64,000 nucleotides of DNA. Source: Eledone cirrhosa (taxonomy: Eukaryota). The position numbers and the translations under genes were made by a program. Numbering within the stretch: the first letter of the stretch is position 1; every line of letters begins with the position of its first letter. The DNA lies in NCBI GenBank assembly GCA_964016885.1, contig CAXHJY010000228.1, positions 1 through 64,000 of the forward strand. The letters are read 5' to 3'. Below the pieces are notes generated by a model. The model did not search any database. It was not told where the DNA came from and saw only the letters and a program-made list of their open reading frames with translations. Below, piece after piece: positions 26,361-40,009 of the stretch.

Positions 26361-27570
26361 GGACTTTGAAATTAACTCATTTACATTAAGGTAGTAGAAG
26401 TTTGGCGTATTTAAGAGAAGTTCCAAAAACTTTTGGGGCTGGTTTCAGTTTACTATGGAAAGCGTATGGCCTGAATTTAATTTAATTTTCAGTTTTATTT
26501 ATTTGCTTGAGATCTAAATATATTTGGTATATTTGCCATCAAGTAGTAATTTTTGTTTAAAAAAAGTAAGGGGTGTGTAATTTTACATTGAAATTATAGA
26601 CATTTAAGCTGTGTGTACTGACTGTATAATATAACCTTCTTCAGAATTTAGCTTTGTTTACAGGTAATAAAATTCTAAAAATCTTTGTTAGTCTTTTGGT
26701 TTGACCGGATCGTATCAGATTGTGCTTGCTTTCTCACTTTCTCTGCTTTTCGCCTTGAAGAAGGGTCACAATTTTGGAACGATCCGGATAGGTAAGTTGT
26801 GATTTCGTTAATTTATTTTTGCTGATCTCTGATTAGGTTGTTGAATTTTTATACTTGTAGGTTCGTGTATATATTATTTAATCTTAATTATATTTCACAT
26901 TATTTGCGTCGCCTTTTGTTATCGTATTTTCTGATATCATAGTTATATTTCTGAAATAGAAATTGGGTATTTTTTACATTATTATTTTGGTTTTTAGATT
27001 GTAGTATATGAACTAGACTTCTTATATTAGTCATCTTGTAATCGTTTCATTCACTTCTTTAATAGCTACGTATTTTCTTGATTAGCAATTTGGTTTTTAC
27101 GTTATGTTGAGAGAACTAGGCTTCCTGATGCGTTGCATTACGTCATCTTAGTGGATAGTTTAAGGGTTTAAGGTCAAAAGTATACTTGAGAGGGTGACGC
27201 AAGGCATATTACGTAATGGAGTTGTAGTAGCTACAGATAATAATACCTTTGGCTTTATTATATAGAAACTACGTAATATGACAACTATGGCTTGATAACG
27301 TCCGTCTTCCCCATATGTTGGCTATTAAGATCTGGCTGAGTAAGCCGTGACTGGGAAAATAGGTGGTCCGCGTATGATTTGAGAATTTGGAGGATAAATA
27401 CGGTTTGTTTCGCAGGAGTGATGGGTACATATTGGCGTTCAGTTTAGGGTATTTACTGAGGGTGAATGGACTGGTTAGAGCAATAACGGTCTTATTTGTG
27501 TATATATATATATATATATATAAATGCACACACACACACACAGACACACACACACACACACGCGCACGCA

Positions 27571-27615
<45 letters not shown>

Positions 27616-27618
27616 GCA

Positions 27619-27696
<78 letters not shown>

Positions 27697-27819
27697 ATAA
27701 CTCTGGGGTAATATTCTCCATTGAGTGCTTAGCTGACACCGAAACTGCATTCGTTAGCTTGGCTGCTACCAAAAGCTTCGTTGATGCTGTACTAAAATGT
27801 GTATATATATATATATATA

Positions 27820-28005
27820 TTGGTAAACGGAAAAGAAAATGCTGACAAATTGTTCACAGTGAAAAATAGTTTAATTAGGAATAAGTGAGAATTAGTAATA
27901 GTATTGGTTAGTATTAAGTTTTGGTTTTAAGATTTACCGGTTGCGCATTTCTAATGCTTTTCAAAAATAATTATGAGATAGAGCGTCCGTGATGTTTGCT
28001 CTAAT
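27820..28005 (-). mobile_element. Solo pLTR of the 14278-16323 PLE family in (TA)n
   Basis: Colinear with 14278-14473, including the variant hammerhead motif at 27933-27967. Confidence 0.88.
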
Positions 28006-28069
28006 ATATATATATATATATATTAGAGCGTCAGTGATGTTTGCTCTAATTTGCTCTAATCTGCTCTAA

Positions 28070-28162
<93 letters not shown>

Positions 28163-28249
28163 GCGTCAGTGATGTTTGCTCTAATATATATATATATATA
28201 TATTAGAGCGTCAGTGATGTTTGCTCTAATTTGCTCTAATCTGCTCTAA

Positions 28250-28336
<87 letters not shown>

Positions 28337-28373
28337 GCGTCAGTGATGTTTGCTCTAATTTGCTCTAATCTGC

Positions 28374-28380
<7 letters not shown>
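27978..28380. repeat. Array of ttagagcgtcagtgatgtttgctctaat units separated by (TA)n
   Basis: Five units at about 27978, 28022, 28157, 28202 and 28331. Confidence 0.9.
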
Positions 28381-28419
<39 letters not shown>

Positions 28420-28422
<3 letters not shown>

Positions 28423-28555
28423 AAAGGTAGACAGAAATAACAACACAATCGGTACAATGTATGGAAGGAATACATTAGGTTAACGCTTGAAATACCAGGA
28501 AGAGGGTCTTAACGTTTCGGACGCTAGTCCTTCATCGAAAGAAAGAATGAGAAAT
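28420..28555 (-). mobile_element. PLE pLTR fragment with hammerhead motif (28507-28542)
   Basis: Minus strand tctt-TCGATGA-a-ggac-tagc-gtcc-GAAA-cg-TT-aaga. Confidence 0.7.
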
Positions 28556-28729
28556 AAGATAGACCTTTTCGTTTTTTGTGTCTTTACTGGACCTTTTTCT
28601 GTTTCTCCATTGTGATCCTGTCTCTATTTGTACTCCTGAAGAACTTTATTTCCTTTTTCCAATATAAAGTGTGAAACTAAGACTTTTTGTACCTCTGTTT
28701 GTTGCCTCCTTGAATTATATATGTATATA

Positions 28730-29331
<602 letters not shown>

Positions 29332-30249
29332 CCCTTTCCGAACATTTTGCTTTCGATTATCAGCACGTAAGCTCAGAAGTCGATATGACACCGGCTACAA
29401 ATTTTTACCACTCCCTCACACTCCCACCAGCTTCACGGCCCCCACCGCATTCCAAATGTAAAGATGAATATTATTTTTTTTTTTTATTTTTTACCAATCT
29501 AACCTTATCTACTTCCTTCACGCCCACTATCTTCATTATCGGTGTTATCAGAAACTTATTATGAACAAATCTAGCTGCTTACTGAAATAAGAAGCCCCAA
29601 AAGTGTTTTATTGTATATACGAAGATCACCCACCAAACAATGTCTCGCTACACTCAATGATCCTAGAGATAACAATTCTCGACAGAGTTCTAGGTCAAAT
29701 AATGATTCTTGTAAAACTCATAACTAAAGAAATCATCTTCTTGAGGAAATGAACATTTTCAGTAAATTATTAACCGAGTTAATATAGCTATATATAGCAA
29801 TGTTTAATATTTCATTTAATTACGTTTTATGTGTTTGATATCAACATCAGCAGCTACCTACAAAAATAATGACATAAAATTACCCAAAATCTTCTACTGA
29901 TGATTATGTTCGAATACCTAAGTTTACTAAACATGAAATCCCAGGAAAATTATTGTCTCTAATGTGTAGCATTTATGAAATAATTAAATTGTAGTGAAGC
30001 AGTCGTTGTGGAGTAGGAAAATGAAATATAATTACTTGTTTGCGCATTTACAGACAGACATTATAGCTAATAATGCAAAAGCGTTTTCTTCAAACGTTTG
30101 CAGTAAAGTACTTCTATCTTTTGATGCTGTCTATCTGTGTTGTATTTTTAAATATATTTGAATACTAACAGTGTATTGTTGCCGACATTGCAGTAATGTG
30201 AGTTGACGACAGATTAAAAAGTATCCTCAACATTTTAAATGTGTTTTCC

Positions 30250-30325
30250 TACCTAGAGAGAGCTGAGCTCCGCCATGTTTAAATGGCCAAGACACGCCGT
30301 GTACCAAGATGGCGTCCTTTACCTA
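30250..30325. promoter_or_regulatory. Cluster of YY1-like motifs in a small CpG-rich patch, possible TSS region
   Basis: ccgccatgtt, aaatggcc and caagatggcg within about 50 bp of otherwise AT-rich unique DNA. Confidence 0.3.
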
Positions 30326-31102
30326 ACTTCTATAACACACTAGGAATTAAAGAGAGCTACGATAAAAAAGAACAATCTACATGAAATGAATAATACGAAA
30401 AGGGAGAATATGGAAAGTATTGATATAAAGAAATTGCTATATTACCTGAACGATATGTATGTTCTTCTGGTTTTATAATTTTACAGTAGAGAGAGATAGT
30501 CGGTTTCTAACATAGACATAAGTTGGTTTCTAGCATAAACATCAACTAGGTAGATATATATGTCTGCATGTCTGCATGCATGTGTGTACAGGTATGGATG
30601 TTATTGTATGTGTGGATGTGGATGTTTTGAGCTGTATGTGTACATGTGTATATGCTGTGTATCTGAACATGTGTATATGTAGTTATTAGATGCAGAATTT
30701 TTGCAATGTTTTACATATTTTTACTGTTCCATTAATGGATTGTACTTGTAATTTCCTAACTAGTTGTGTTCTTTCTGTTTCTCTGAAGCCCAGCTTCTCA
30801 AGATTTGTATTGAGGCAGTAACTAACATATCCCAGTGCCCCAATAATCACAAGTATAAATCTGAAGGTGGAGTACCTGCAGTTTTCTCATTAACATACCC
30901 AGTGCCCCAATATATGTATGTATGTATGTATGTTTGCATGTATGTATGTATACATGCATGTATGTATGTTTCTATGCATGTATTTATGTTTGTATACATG
31001 TATGTATGTTTGTATGTTTATATGTATATACGTATGTTTTGGCACTATTGACAAAGTGGACGAAAATTGAATATAATTATAAAAAAAAAGAACATAACCT
31101 CT

Positions 31103-31171
<69 letters not shown>

Positions 31172-31196
31172 TGTAATAAACAACATAAGGCAATTA

Positions 31197-31256
31197 TTTC
31201 ATTTACCAGTGGTTTCTTAAAAGCAAAAAATCTTGCTTTCAATCATCAGAATGAAA
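31197..31256 (-). ncRNA. Type I hammerhead ribozyme (mirror copy)
   Basis: Reverse complement of the 31312-31372 motif. Confidence 0.83.
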
Positions 31257-31311
31257 AAATCCTGGCGTATTTATTGACGTTGGACCAACGTCAATAAATA
31301 CGCCAGGATTT

Positions 31312-31372
31312 TTTCATTCTGATGATTGAAAGCAACATTTTTTTGCTTTTAAGAAACCACTGGTAAATGAAA
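31312..31372 (+). ncRNA. Type I hammerhead ribozyme, canonical core
   Basis: Stem I tttcatt/aatgaaa, CTGATGA, stem II ttgaaagcaa/ttgcttttaa, GAAA, stem III cca-c-tgg, GUA cleavage triplet. Confidence 0.85.
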
Positions 31373-31482
31373 TAATTGCCTTATGTTGTTTATTACATAA
31401 CTATTAAGCTTATTACATAACTATTAAGCTCTGTTACCTACATAGAGCACTCTTTTTTCCTGGACTTTTCCGGCGGAATTAC

Positions 31483-31535
<53 letters not shown>

Positions 31536-31979
31536 CTTCAGCCAGTCATGACAGATTATAAGATTATTTTTGCTATTTGTGAACACCTAAGAAACTCGAC
31601 ATGTCACGAAGTAATAAGGAAGCTGTAATGTAAATTTCAGCTAAATAATAAACAAATAAATATTATGCTTATAAAGAATCTGCCATATTAACTTGTGGTT
31701 GATTTAAATATAATTTAATTTCACTGATGACACAAGGATGGGAAACATTAGTATATAATTCCTTGCGTCAATACTCATATTATAATATATAGATACTTCT
31801 ATATACGAATATTGGAACTTAAGCAAGATTTTTCACTACTTTTGTTTTGTTTTTTTTTCTTTATATTTTTCTGTACATTTTTGTAGAAACGTGTATTAGA
31901 GGAATAAAATGCATTAATGTTTCATCTTTATTTGTGCATTATATATATATATATATATATATAAATATATATATATATA

Positions 31980-32400
31980 TTGGGTACAATCGAATTGTTT
32001 GAGGCAGTCACAAAGCACTCAATGGTGTGAAAAGTGAATACGTTTTCACCTAGAGTAAACCCAAGAATAAACCGACCAAAAGCATGTTGCTATAGTAATA
32101 CAACAAACAGGCCGGACATTATCCTGGACCATCGCGAAAGGACATGAATCGATAGAAATCGATTCAAATCTTCGATAGGTTTCTGGGAATTCGGGAAGAT
32201 ACATCATGGGTTGCATAAAGTATATGTAAGCCATAGATGCATATATTGATGCAACAGGAATATCCCTTCGTCGGCAGATTTTCATTCCGGAATATCCGAC
32301 TTGGTCCGGTCGCTAGAAGACATTATGGCAGTCTACTTAGTAGTAAATTCGCCAGTGTCGTCCCATGACTTTTCTCAAAAAGTGGACGATCAAATAAAAT
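31980..32400 (+). mobile_element. Possible highly decayed mariner remnant
   Basis: Weak traces of mariner C-terminal motifs (for example FHSGISDLV) between (TA)n runs. Confidence 0.3.
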
Positions 32401-32409
32401 ATATATATA

Positions 32410-32930
32410 TATACTCATATAAATTCGTTCGTTTTCTCCATATTTGTTATCAATATTTCTAACAAAACAGTCAATAATATATTTTCTTTCATTGTTCACG
32501 ACTTTTTGCCAACGTTCCACTAGCTTGTCAATGTCTCAAAGGTAGAAATTATTGAGCCTTTACTCGAAAAATTCGTAAAGCCACATTTCAGCTTCACGTC
32601 GTTGTTGAATGAAACTCTTAGCAGGCTGTTGGTGAGCGACCGGAAAAGGTGATAATTTGAAAGCGAAATATCAGGAGAAAACAATGAGTACTGTAGAATT
32701 TCCCAACCGTGTTCTTGAATAGCCATTTTATTAAATTTCCGACGTAAGTGCAAGCGTTGTTGTGTTGAAGAAGCACAATATATCCCGGTCTGTTTGTTTC
32801 AAGTGGATTGCCTTGTTGAGATGGTACATTTACTGAACGTAAAGCTCTGCATTGACTGTGTGATTGTTTTCAAGCATATAAAACATTGGGTTGGGGAAGC
32901 GAACGAATTTATTTATCTGACATCTCAATA
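32410..32930 (-). mobile_element. Internally deleted mariner transposon
   Basis: GWEILQYSLFSPDISLSNYHLFRSL (YSPDLAPxDY motif) and ERWQKVVNNERKYII; TIR cores ataaattcgttcg (about 32420) / cgaacgaatttat (about 32900). Confidence 0.85.
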
Positions 32931-32956
32931 TTATATTAATATATATATATATATAA

Positions 32957-32990
<34 letters not shown>

Positions 32991-33072
32991 CCACCACCCC
33001 GCACTCTCAAAAGCGTGAACCTAATAAACTCTTATTTGTACTGCCTCTCTGTTTTTGTTCCCGTCTAAGTTT

Positions 33073-33129
<57 letters not shown>

Positions 33130-33706
33130 TACACATATCAACATAAATAAGGACACTAAACGCATACCTACAAAATCCATACAGGAATACATACATATGG
33201 TCAGGCAGCGGTAGATATATCTAGACATCTTTTTCTGTCAGCTGGTTAATAGATAAAGAGGCTAATGTTTCGAGACATTTAAGAAGAAAGCGATTTCTCA
33301 ACATCTGACAATTTATGTTGTCCACATTGAAAACAAATAAGCTGTTGGACCTCGAAGCTAAGTCAAATACTCATTCTAGTTTATCCCCAGGCGGCCATCT
33401 TTTCAGGCGAGGTAATAAATATGAAAATCATAGTTTGAGTCGGCTATAAAATATGACAGCAGAAATTCCAAGCTATTCTGTCACATTAACGAATAAAATA
33501 CCAACATTTAATGGCTAGTTACCTCTTGCGTGTCGAATGGGAAACTAAATGAAGTTCGTATTTTTTGTTGACTTCTTTGATTTTATGTTGTTGTTGTTAT
33601 TCTTTTTTTTGTTTTGTTTTTATTTATTTATTTACCACACCCTATATTGTTTCTCTCGACATACCGCGAATGAAAAGCTCCCCTTTCCACTATTTTCTAC
33701 CTCCTC

Positions 33707-33709
<3 letters not shown>

Positions 33710-33751
<42 letters not shown>

Positions 33752-33827
33752 ACTCTTTCTCTCTCTCCCTCTCTCTCTCCCTCTCTCTCTCCCTCTCTCT
33801 CTCTCCTTTTCTCTCTCTCTCTCTCCT

Positions 33828-33867
<40 letters not shown>

Positions 33868-33880
33868 GATATATATATAT

Positions 33881-33916
<36 letters not shown>

Positions 33917-33945
33917 CTCTCTCTCTATCTATCTATCTATCTATA

Positions 33946-34020
<75 letters not shown>
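33710..34020. repeat. (CT)n-rich microsatellite array
   Basis: Visible run. Confidence 0.95.
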
Positions 34021-34021
<1 letters not shown>

Positions 34022-34434
34022 TAGTGAACGCACTCACGCAGACGACTGACTTTTGCACTGGTGTAACCAGAAAATATATTCACCCCATTAACAAACAAAT
34101 CGGTTGCATTTATCATCGGGTAATACGATATTGAATTTTATTGCGTTCCTAGTTGAAATGGGAAGTAACGGTGACACGGTGATAGAGATAAAATTTATTT
34201 TAAAATCGATGTCTTTGAAATAGACAATCATAATGGACAAAAAGCAAGAAAGTGTGTATTGATTGAAACGACGGGCGGTTTGAGACTTATTGCGCGTGTG
34301 TGTGAAATAGATGGAATTAAAGTTAAATAGTTATTCCAATATGTCAACAAAGAGAGCAATGAAAATTATTAAGAATTAATAAAGTATAAAATCTTCTTTA
34401 AAAAAGCGACATATATACATATTATAAAGAAGAT

Positions 34435-34625
34435 TGGCTGTGGGTTGGCTGTATCGGTAGAGGGTAGGACGCCATGCTTTGCAACATAGAGTTACGGCCC
34501 TTTACGACCTGAGTTCAAATCCCACCGAGGTTAACTTTGCCTTTCATCCTTATGGGGTCGATAAAATAAAGCACCAGTAATGCACTGGGGGTATTTGCTG
34601 GCCTTGTGCCAAAAATAGAAACAAC
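34435..34625 (+). mobile_element. SINE family A copy with TSD
   Basis: Consensus match; flanking direct repeat tataaagaaga. Confidence 0.9.
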
Positions 34626-36576
34626 TATAAAGAAGAGAAAATATATGCAATCTTTGTTGGTGTTAATGTTGTTGATGTTTTTGTTGTATAGTCCTGGGTT
34701 TGTCTTGATCGAGCAAAACTACCTGACCATCCAGTATTTAGGCATATTATATCTAGGAATATATTAGGTGTAATTTGACTGCCATTTCCAGTAGGTCAGG
34801 TGATTATGTAGAGACGCTGCTCATTGGCTCATTTTGATTTTATTGTCTTGTTTTCTGAAAAGAAAAGGAAGAATCAAAGAACGATATTGTGGCCAATATG
34901 ATCATATTTATGATGTGTGTTCATTCTATTTGAAATATATTTACAAACTCTCTCTGTTTATTTCACAACTTAGACCAATAGTTTTAAGAATATAAACCCG
35001 TTTTGCTACGCACAATGATTTAATGTTCATAATGTGTAAATTTATTAGTATTTTATTGACGACTGTCTAAGTAAACCAATATACAAATTAGTTCAACATG
35101 AATGAATTAAGGAGATTTTTAGATGACTTACCATATATTTTATTAAATACAATGTGTTCCAATTAATTTTGAAAATAACCAAACGTTTGGAGGAATTTAA
35201 TAAAATAACTAAGATTTTCATTAGTAAGCTGATATTTAGAATATTGCTTAAAACTTTCGAAAACAAAATTATGATGAAAGGTTTTAAAATATAGATAAAT
35301 ATTTTCAAATTAGCAGTTTTTGTGTCATACAAACTGTGGTAGTTTGGTATCAAAAGAGATAAGCTGTTTCCGCTGCGTTCGATATTAGCACAGTTCTCAT
35401 GCTTCTGAAGTTTAATTCCATTGAAAGTCTGCATATGTTTTAAATGTATAAATATACTTCGTGACACGATATTTTCAACGTTTTACGGTGTCTTGTGTGT
35501 TGGTAATTTCAAAACAAAATTTAGAAAAATAAATTATAAAAATATATCATATGAATTGCTCGGATGACATTGAAGGAATTGAAAACTTTCGATAATGCTT
35601 GTACTCGAAGGCTGCTGAGAAAACAAAACATGGTTAACAGAAGGTAATTTCTTTAACTGTACAAAGTAAGGATCTTCTTGCGTCTGACTTGGTCTCATGT
35701 TGTCGTTCACCTGATTGAGATCATAGATTAGAAATCAGTTTCTAGGATCCATAATGAGGATACCTGGGCCCCCAAAATGATGATTAATTTTTACTAAAAG
35801 TTTTTCGACACTTTATCGTCTGTCACTACCATTAAATGATGAGAAGCCGTTAACAGAAGTTTAAGGATAGTTTAGATCAGTTTCCACCGGTCATTTTCGT
35901 TGCTTCCTCCTAAGAAATCTTGACTTTTAATCAGTGGCCACTATAAATTCTATTGTAGTAGTCAACGGAAACCACACGAATGAGACGATGTAAGGTTGTC
36001 ACGATTGTCAATGCACAGCTATACCTCGTTCGTCCGCTCGGTCTCACCAACGGACGGAACCCCAGACATATGCTGCCCCATAGGTCCCCTATACGAAATG
36101 CAGAAAGCGTTATCCAAGTGGATAGCGAGAGAAACGCTTTGAAAGATCCACACTAACTTTCAGGACTCACTCCTGAAACTGGCCAGTTCCGCCCCGATAG
36201 CAGCATATAGGGAGGTTGGGTTTTTTTAATACTTTACATGACCCCCATAAAAGGCAACGAATGGGCTAAGTAGTTAGAACGTCAAATAGAGGGCACTGCG
36301 GGATTCGTTCCAGCTCTCTGGGCACTAAGTTTGAAGTTCACCAAGGTGAATTTTGCCTTTAATCCTTTCAAAAAGTCCCAGTCCTATTATATGGTGCCTC
36401 CCTCCTTCAAAACATAAACCTCCGTAGATCATTTCTTAAAATCAAAACGTTAAATGGAGGTGTAAATAAACTACGATAAAAGGTGGAAGTGCTGACTATC
36501 CTTCATCACTAATGTATGAGAAGATTATAAGAAGATTCCTACAAAGACAGACAGACGGTGGCATAATGCTGTAGAT

Positions 36577-36761
36577 CAGTCATGTCAAACTGAGGGTCCA
36601 ACGAGGGCCACATGGGCCACATATGTGTTGTCTGAGGGCCACACATGATAACTAATTGCGCACATTACAACAAATTTTACGAAGATAAAACATGCTCGCG
36701 CTTAAAAACTTTGTGTGGGCCGCAGGTGTGCTTGTAAAGGGCTGTATGTTTGAGATGCCTG
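36577..36761. mobile_element. hAT (Charlie-like) MITE, second family
   Basis: TIRs cagtcatgtcaaac / gtttgagatgcctg; 8-bp TSD ctgtagat / gtgtagat. Confidence 0.75.
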
Positions 36762-37419
36762 GTGTAGATATAGCTTCTCATATTTTGCAAAGTATTAGTG
36801 TACTTCATCGGAAAGATGAAGATATCCCATGTGGCTGCAAGTTTCATCTTTCAAGTCTTCAGATTTTGGAATATCTAGCTGTATTTTTTTTTTTTTTTCG
36901 AAAACTATGGTTCGTTTCTCCAGAGAATATACTAAGTGATTGTGAAAGAGAGTTTGTAATAGACTGGCATTCGAGAGTTGTTGGTGTACTGCTGATGGTA
37001 AGGACTTCGGTAGGAGAGGGGTGGTTAGTTAACTGAGTCACTCTCCAGACTCTTATGTGTGGGGTGTGGTGTGGTGGTGGTGCGGGGCGTATGCAGGTGT
37101 TTTTGTTAAAATCACCCACCCTATCAACACTTATTTGACAAACACCTGCATACATCCATACCCATCGCACAAATACAGGCGCGCTTACACATATACATAC
37201 ATATATACACCCCAAACTAGCCTTTAAAATGTGCACCACCTCTACTTTCCCCTAACCCTAAAGCCCCTCAATCTCATCCAATTATTAAGTACCATAATTA
37301 TCAGACTTGCAATATTCTTCAGAGACACTTGACTTTATACAAATAGCTAGAAGCTAACACTTTCACGTACATGTCCACCACACACACGCACACAATATAT
37401 ACACATGTATATGTATACG

Positions 37420-38236
<817 letters not shown>

Positions 38237-38311
38237 ACTCTTTTACTCTTTTACCTGTTTCAGCCATCCGGCTGAGGCCATGCTGGGGCACCGCCCTTGT
38301 TGCTACACATT

Positions 38312-40009
38312 TTATCTCCAGCCTGTATAGGTTGGCCACTGGTGTAGGAGGGAGTTTGTTGCTGCTGCCCTTAGGTTTCCCTCGTGTCTTGCTGTGGGCT
38401 CATCCGGGATCCTGGATAACAAGGTGTCGAGATGTTTCTTAAAGACATCCACCTCCACGTCATGCAAGTCTCGCAGATGCCTCGGCAGCCTGTTGAAGAG
38501 TTGAGGGCCCTTGAATCCCAGGCTATTGCAATACCTGCTCCTTATTCTAGATGTGGAAGACGGGACCTTTGGCACCACACAGTGACGTCCTGTTCGACGG
38601 TTGGTCCAGCTCCCAATGCCAAAGTTTGGTGCTAGTCCCTCCAGGATTTTCCACATGTAGATCACTGCGTATCTCTCCCGTCTTCGCTCCAAGGAGTAGA
38701 GGTTCAGTTCCTTCAGCCTCTCCCAGTAGCTTGTCTCCCTCATCTTGGCAATCCTCTTGGTGTAGCTTCGCTGGATTGCCTCAAGCTCTGTGGTTAGTTT
38801 GACACTATGGGGTGACCACAGCTGGGAACAGTAGTCCAGGCGGCTTAGGACAAAAGTCCTCCACAGTGTCAACATGGTGTCTCGATCTCTTGTAAGGAAA
38901 GTCCTCAAGATCCAGCCAGCGAATCGTCTACATGCTGTCGCCACCTTCATGATGTGTGAAGAAAAAGATGCATCATCGCTCATGTCTATGCCCAGGTCTC
39001 GTATCGATTTTGACACGGGGATATCGGTCCCTCCTGGTCCTGTGTAGCTGTGTTCCGCTATATTTGTGTTTGTGTTTGCAGGTTTGTATTGTAGGGCTTG
39101 GAATTTGCCAGCATTAAACTGCATGTTGTTTTCTTCCGCCCATCTGTATATGGCATCCAGATCCTGCTGTAAGAGGGCAGCGTCAGCCGGGTTTTTGATT
39201 GCCTGTGCTACCTTAGTGTCATCAGCATAGCTAGTGAGGGATGTTGTTGCATGCACCACAGAGGGCATGTCCGAGAGAGCCACCAAAAACAGTAGTGGTC
39301 CCAGGACTGTCCCCTGAGGCACCCCACTTGTTATCGGTGTTTCCCTCGAGAGGGCCCCATTTGCTGCGACTGCCTGGCTTCTGTCCCTTAGGAAGCCATG
39401 CAGCCACTCACCTACTTTTCCAGTTATGCCGAGTCCGTGTAGTTTGTGACATATCATTCCGTGGTCGACCTTGTCAAAGGCCTTCGCAAAGTCAAGATAT
39501 ATCACGTCTACATGTGAGCTGTCTAGTAGTTGTCTCAGTACCCAGTCGTAGTGATGTAGCAGCTGTGTAAGGCAGCTTCTTCCTGGGCGGAAGCCATGTT
39601 GCGTGCTAGTCAGGCGGTCATTTTCTTCGAGGAAAGTGATTAGTTTCTTTCTGACGACTCGCTCCATGACCTTACTGATATGCGACGTCAGGGAGACTGG
39701 CCTATAGTTCTTGGCCTCCGCTCTACTACCTCCTTTATGGATAGGGCATATTGTGCCTTCTTTCAGCTCCCTGGGTAGTACACCGCTAGCCAAGGAGCTT
39801 CTGAAGAGCATCTTCAGTGGAGTTGCTAAGGCCCGCTTACATATTTTTAGAACTGCTGGGAATCCATCAGGTCCAGCAGCCGAGTCTGTTCTAATTTCAT
39901 CAATGGCGTACACCACATCCTCCTCCGTTATGTCTATGTGGTTGATGGTTGCCATTTCTTGATGTAGTGTTGTGGCATCAAAGAACTCCTCTGGCTTCGT
40001 TATTTGCAT
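38312..40009 (-). CDS. LINE ORF2 C-terminal part: reverse transcriptase
   Basis: [68 protein letters not shown]; separated from the APE frame by one frameshift near 40010. Confidence 0.95.
   Translation of the reverse strand: MQITKPEEFFDATTLHQEMATINHIDITEEDVVYAIDEIRTDSAAGPDGFPAVLKICKRALATPLKMLFRSSLASGVLPRELKEGTICPIHKGGSRAEAKNYRPVSLTSHISKVMERVVRKKLITFLEENDRLTSTQHGFRPGRSCLTQLLHHYDWVLRQLLDSSHVDVIYLDFAKAFDKVDHGMICHKLHGLGITGKVGEWLHGFLRDRSQAVAANGALSRETPITSGVPQGTVLGPLLFLVALSDMPSVVHATTSLTSYADDTKVAQAIKNPADAALLQQDLDAIYRWAEENNMQFNAGKFQALQYKPANTNTNIAEHSYTGPGGTDIPVSKSIRDLGIDMSDDASFSSHIMKVATACRRFAGWILRTFLTRDRDTMLTLWRTFVLSRLDYCSQLWSPHSVKLTTELEAIQRSYTKRIAKMRETSYWERLKELNLYSLERRRERYAVIYMWKILEGLAPNFGIGSWTNRRTGRHCVVPKVPSSTSRIRSRYCNSLGFKGPQLFNRLPRHLRDLHDVEVDVFKKHLDTLLSRIPDEPTARHEGNLRAAATNSLLHQWPTYTGWR

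Larger units (their letters stand above)
31166..31403. mobile_element. Near-perfect palindrome (fold-back pLTR) in (TA)n carrying two divergent hammerheads
   Basis: Arms of about 118 bp around the centre ttgg-a-ccaa at 31284. Confidence 0.9.

Noticed and set aside
28630-28690. CTGAAGA-actttat...ataaagt-gt-GAAA motif
   Set aside because: Extra bases before GAAA and no NUH site or stem I; at best a decayed motif
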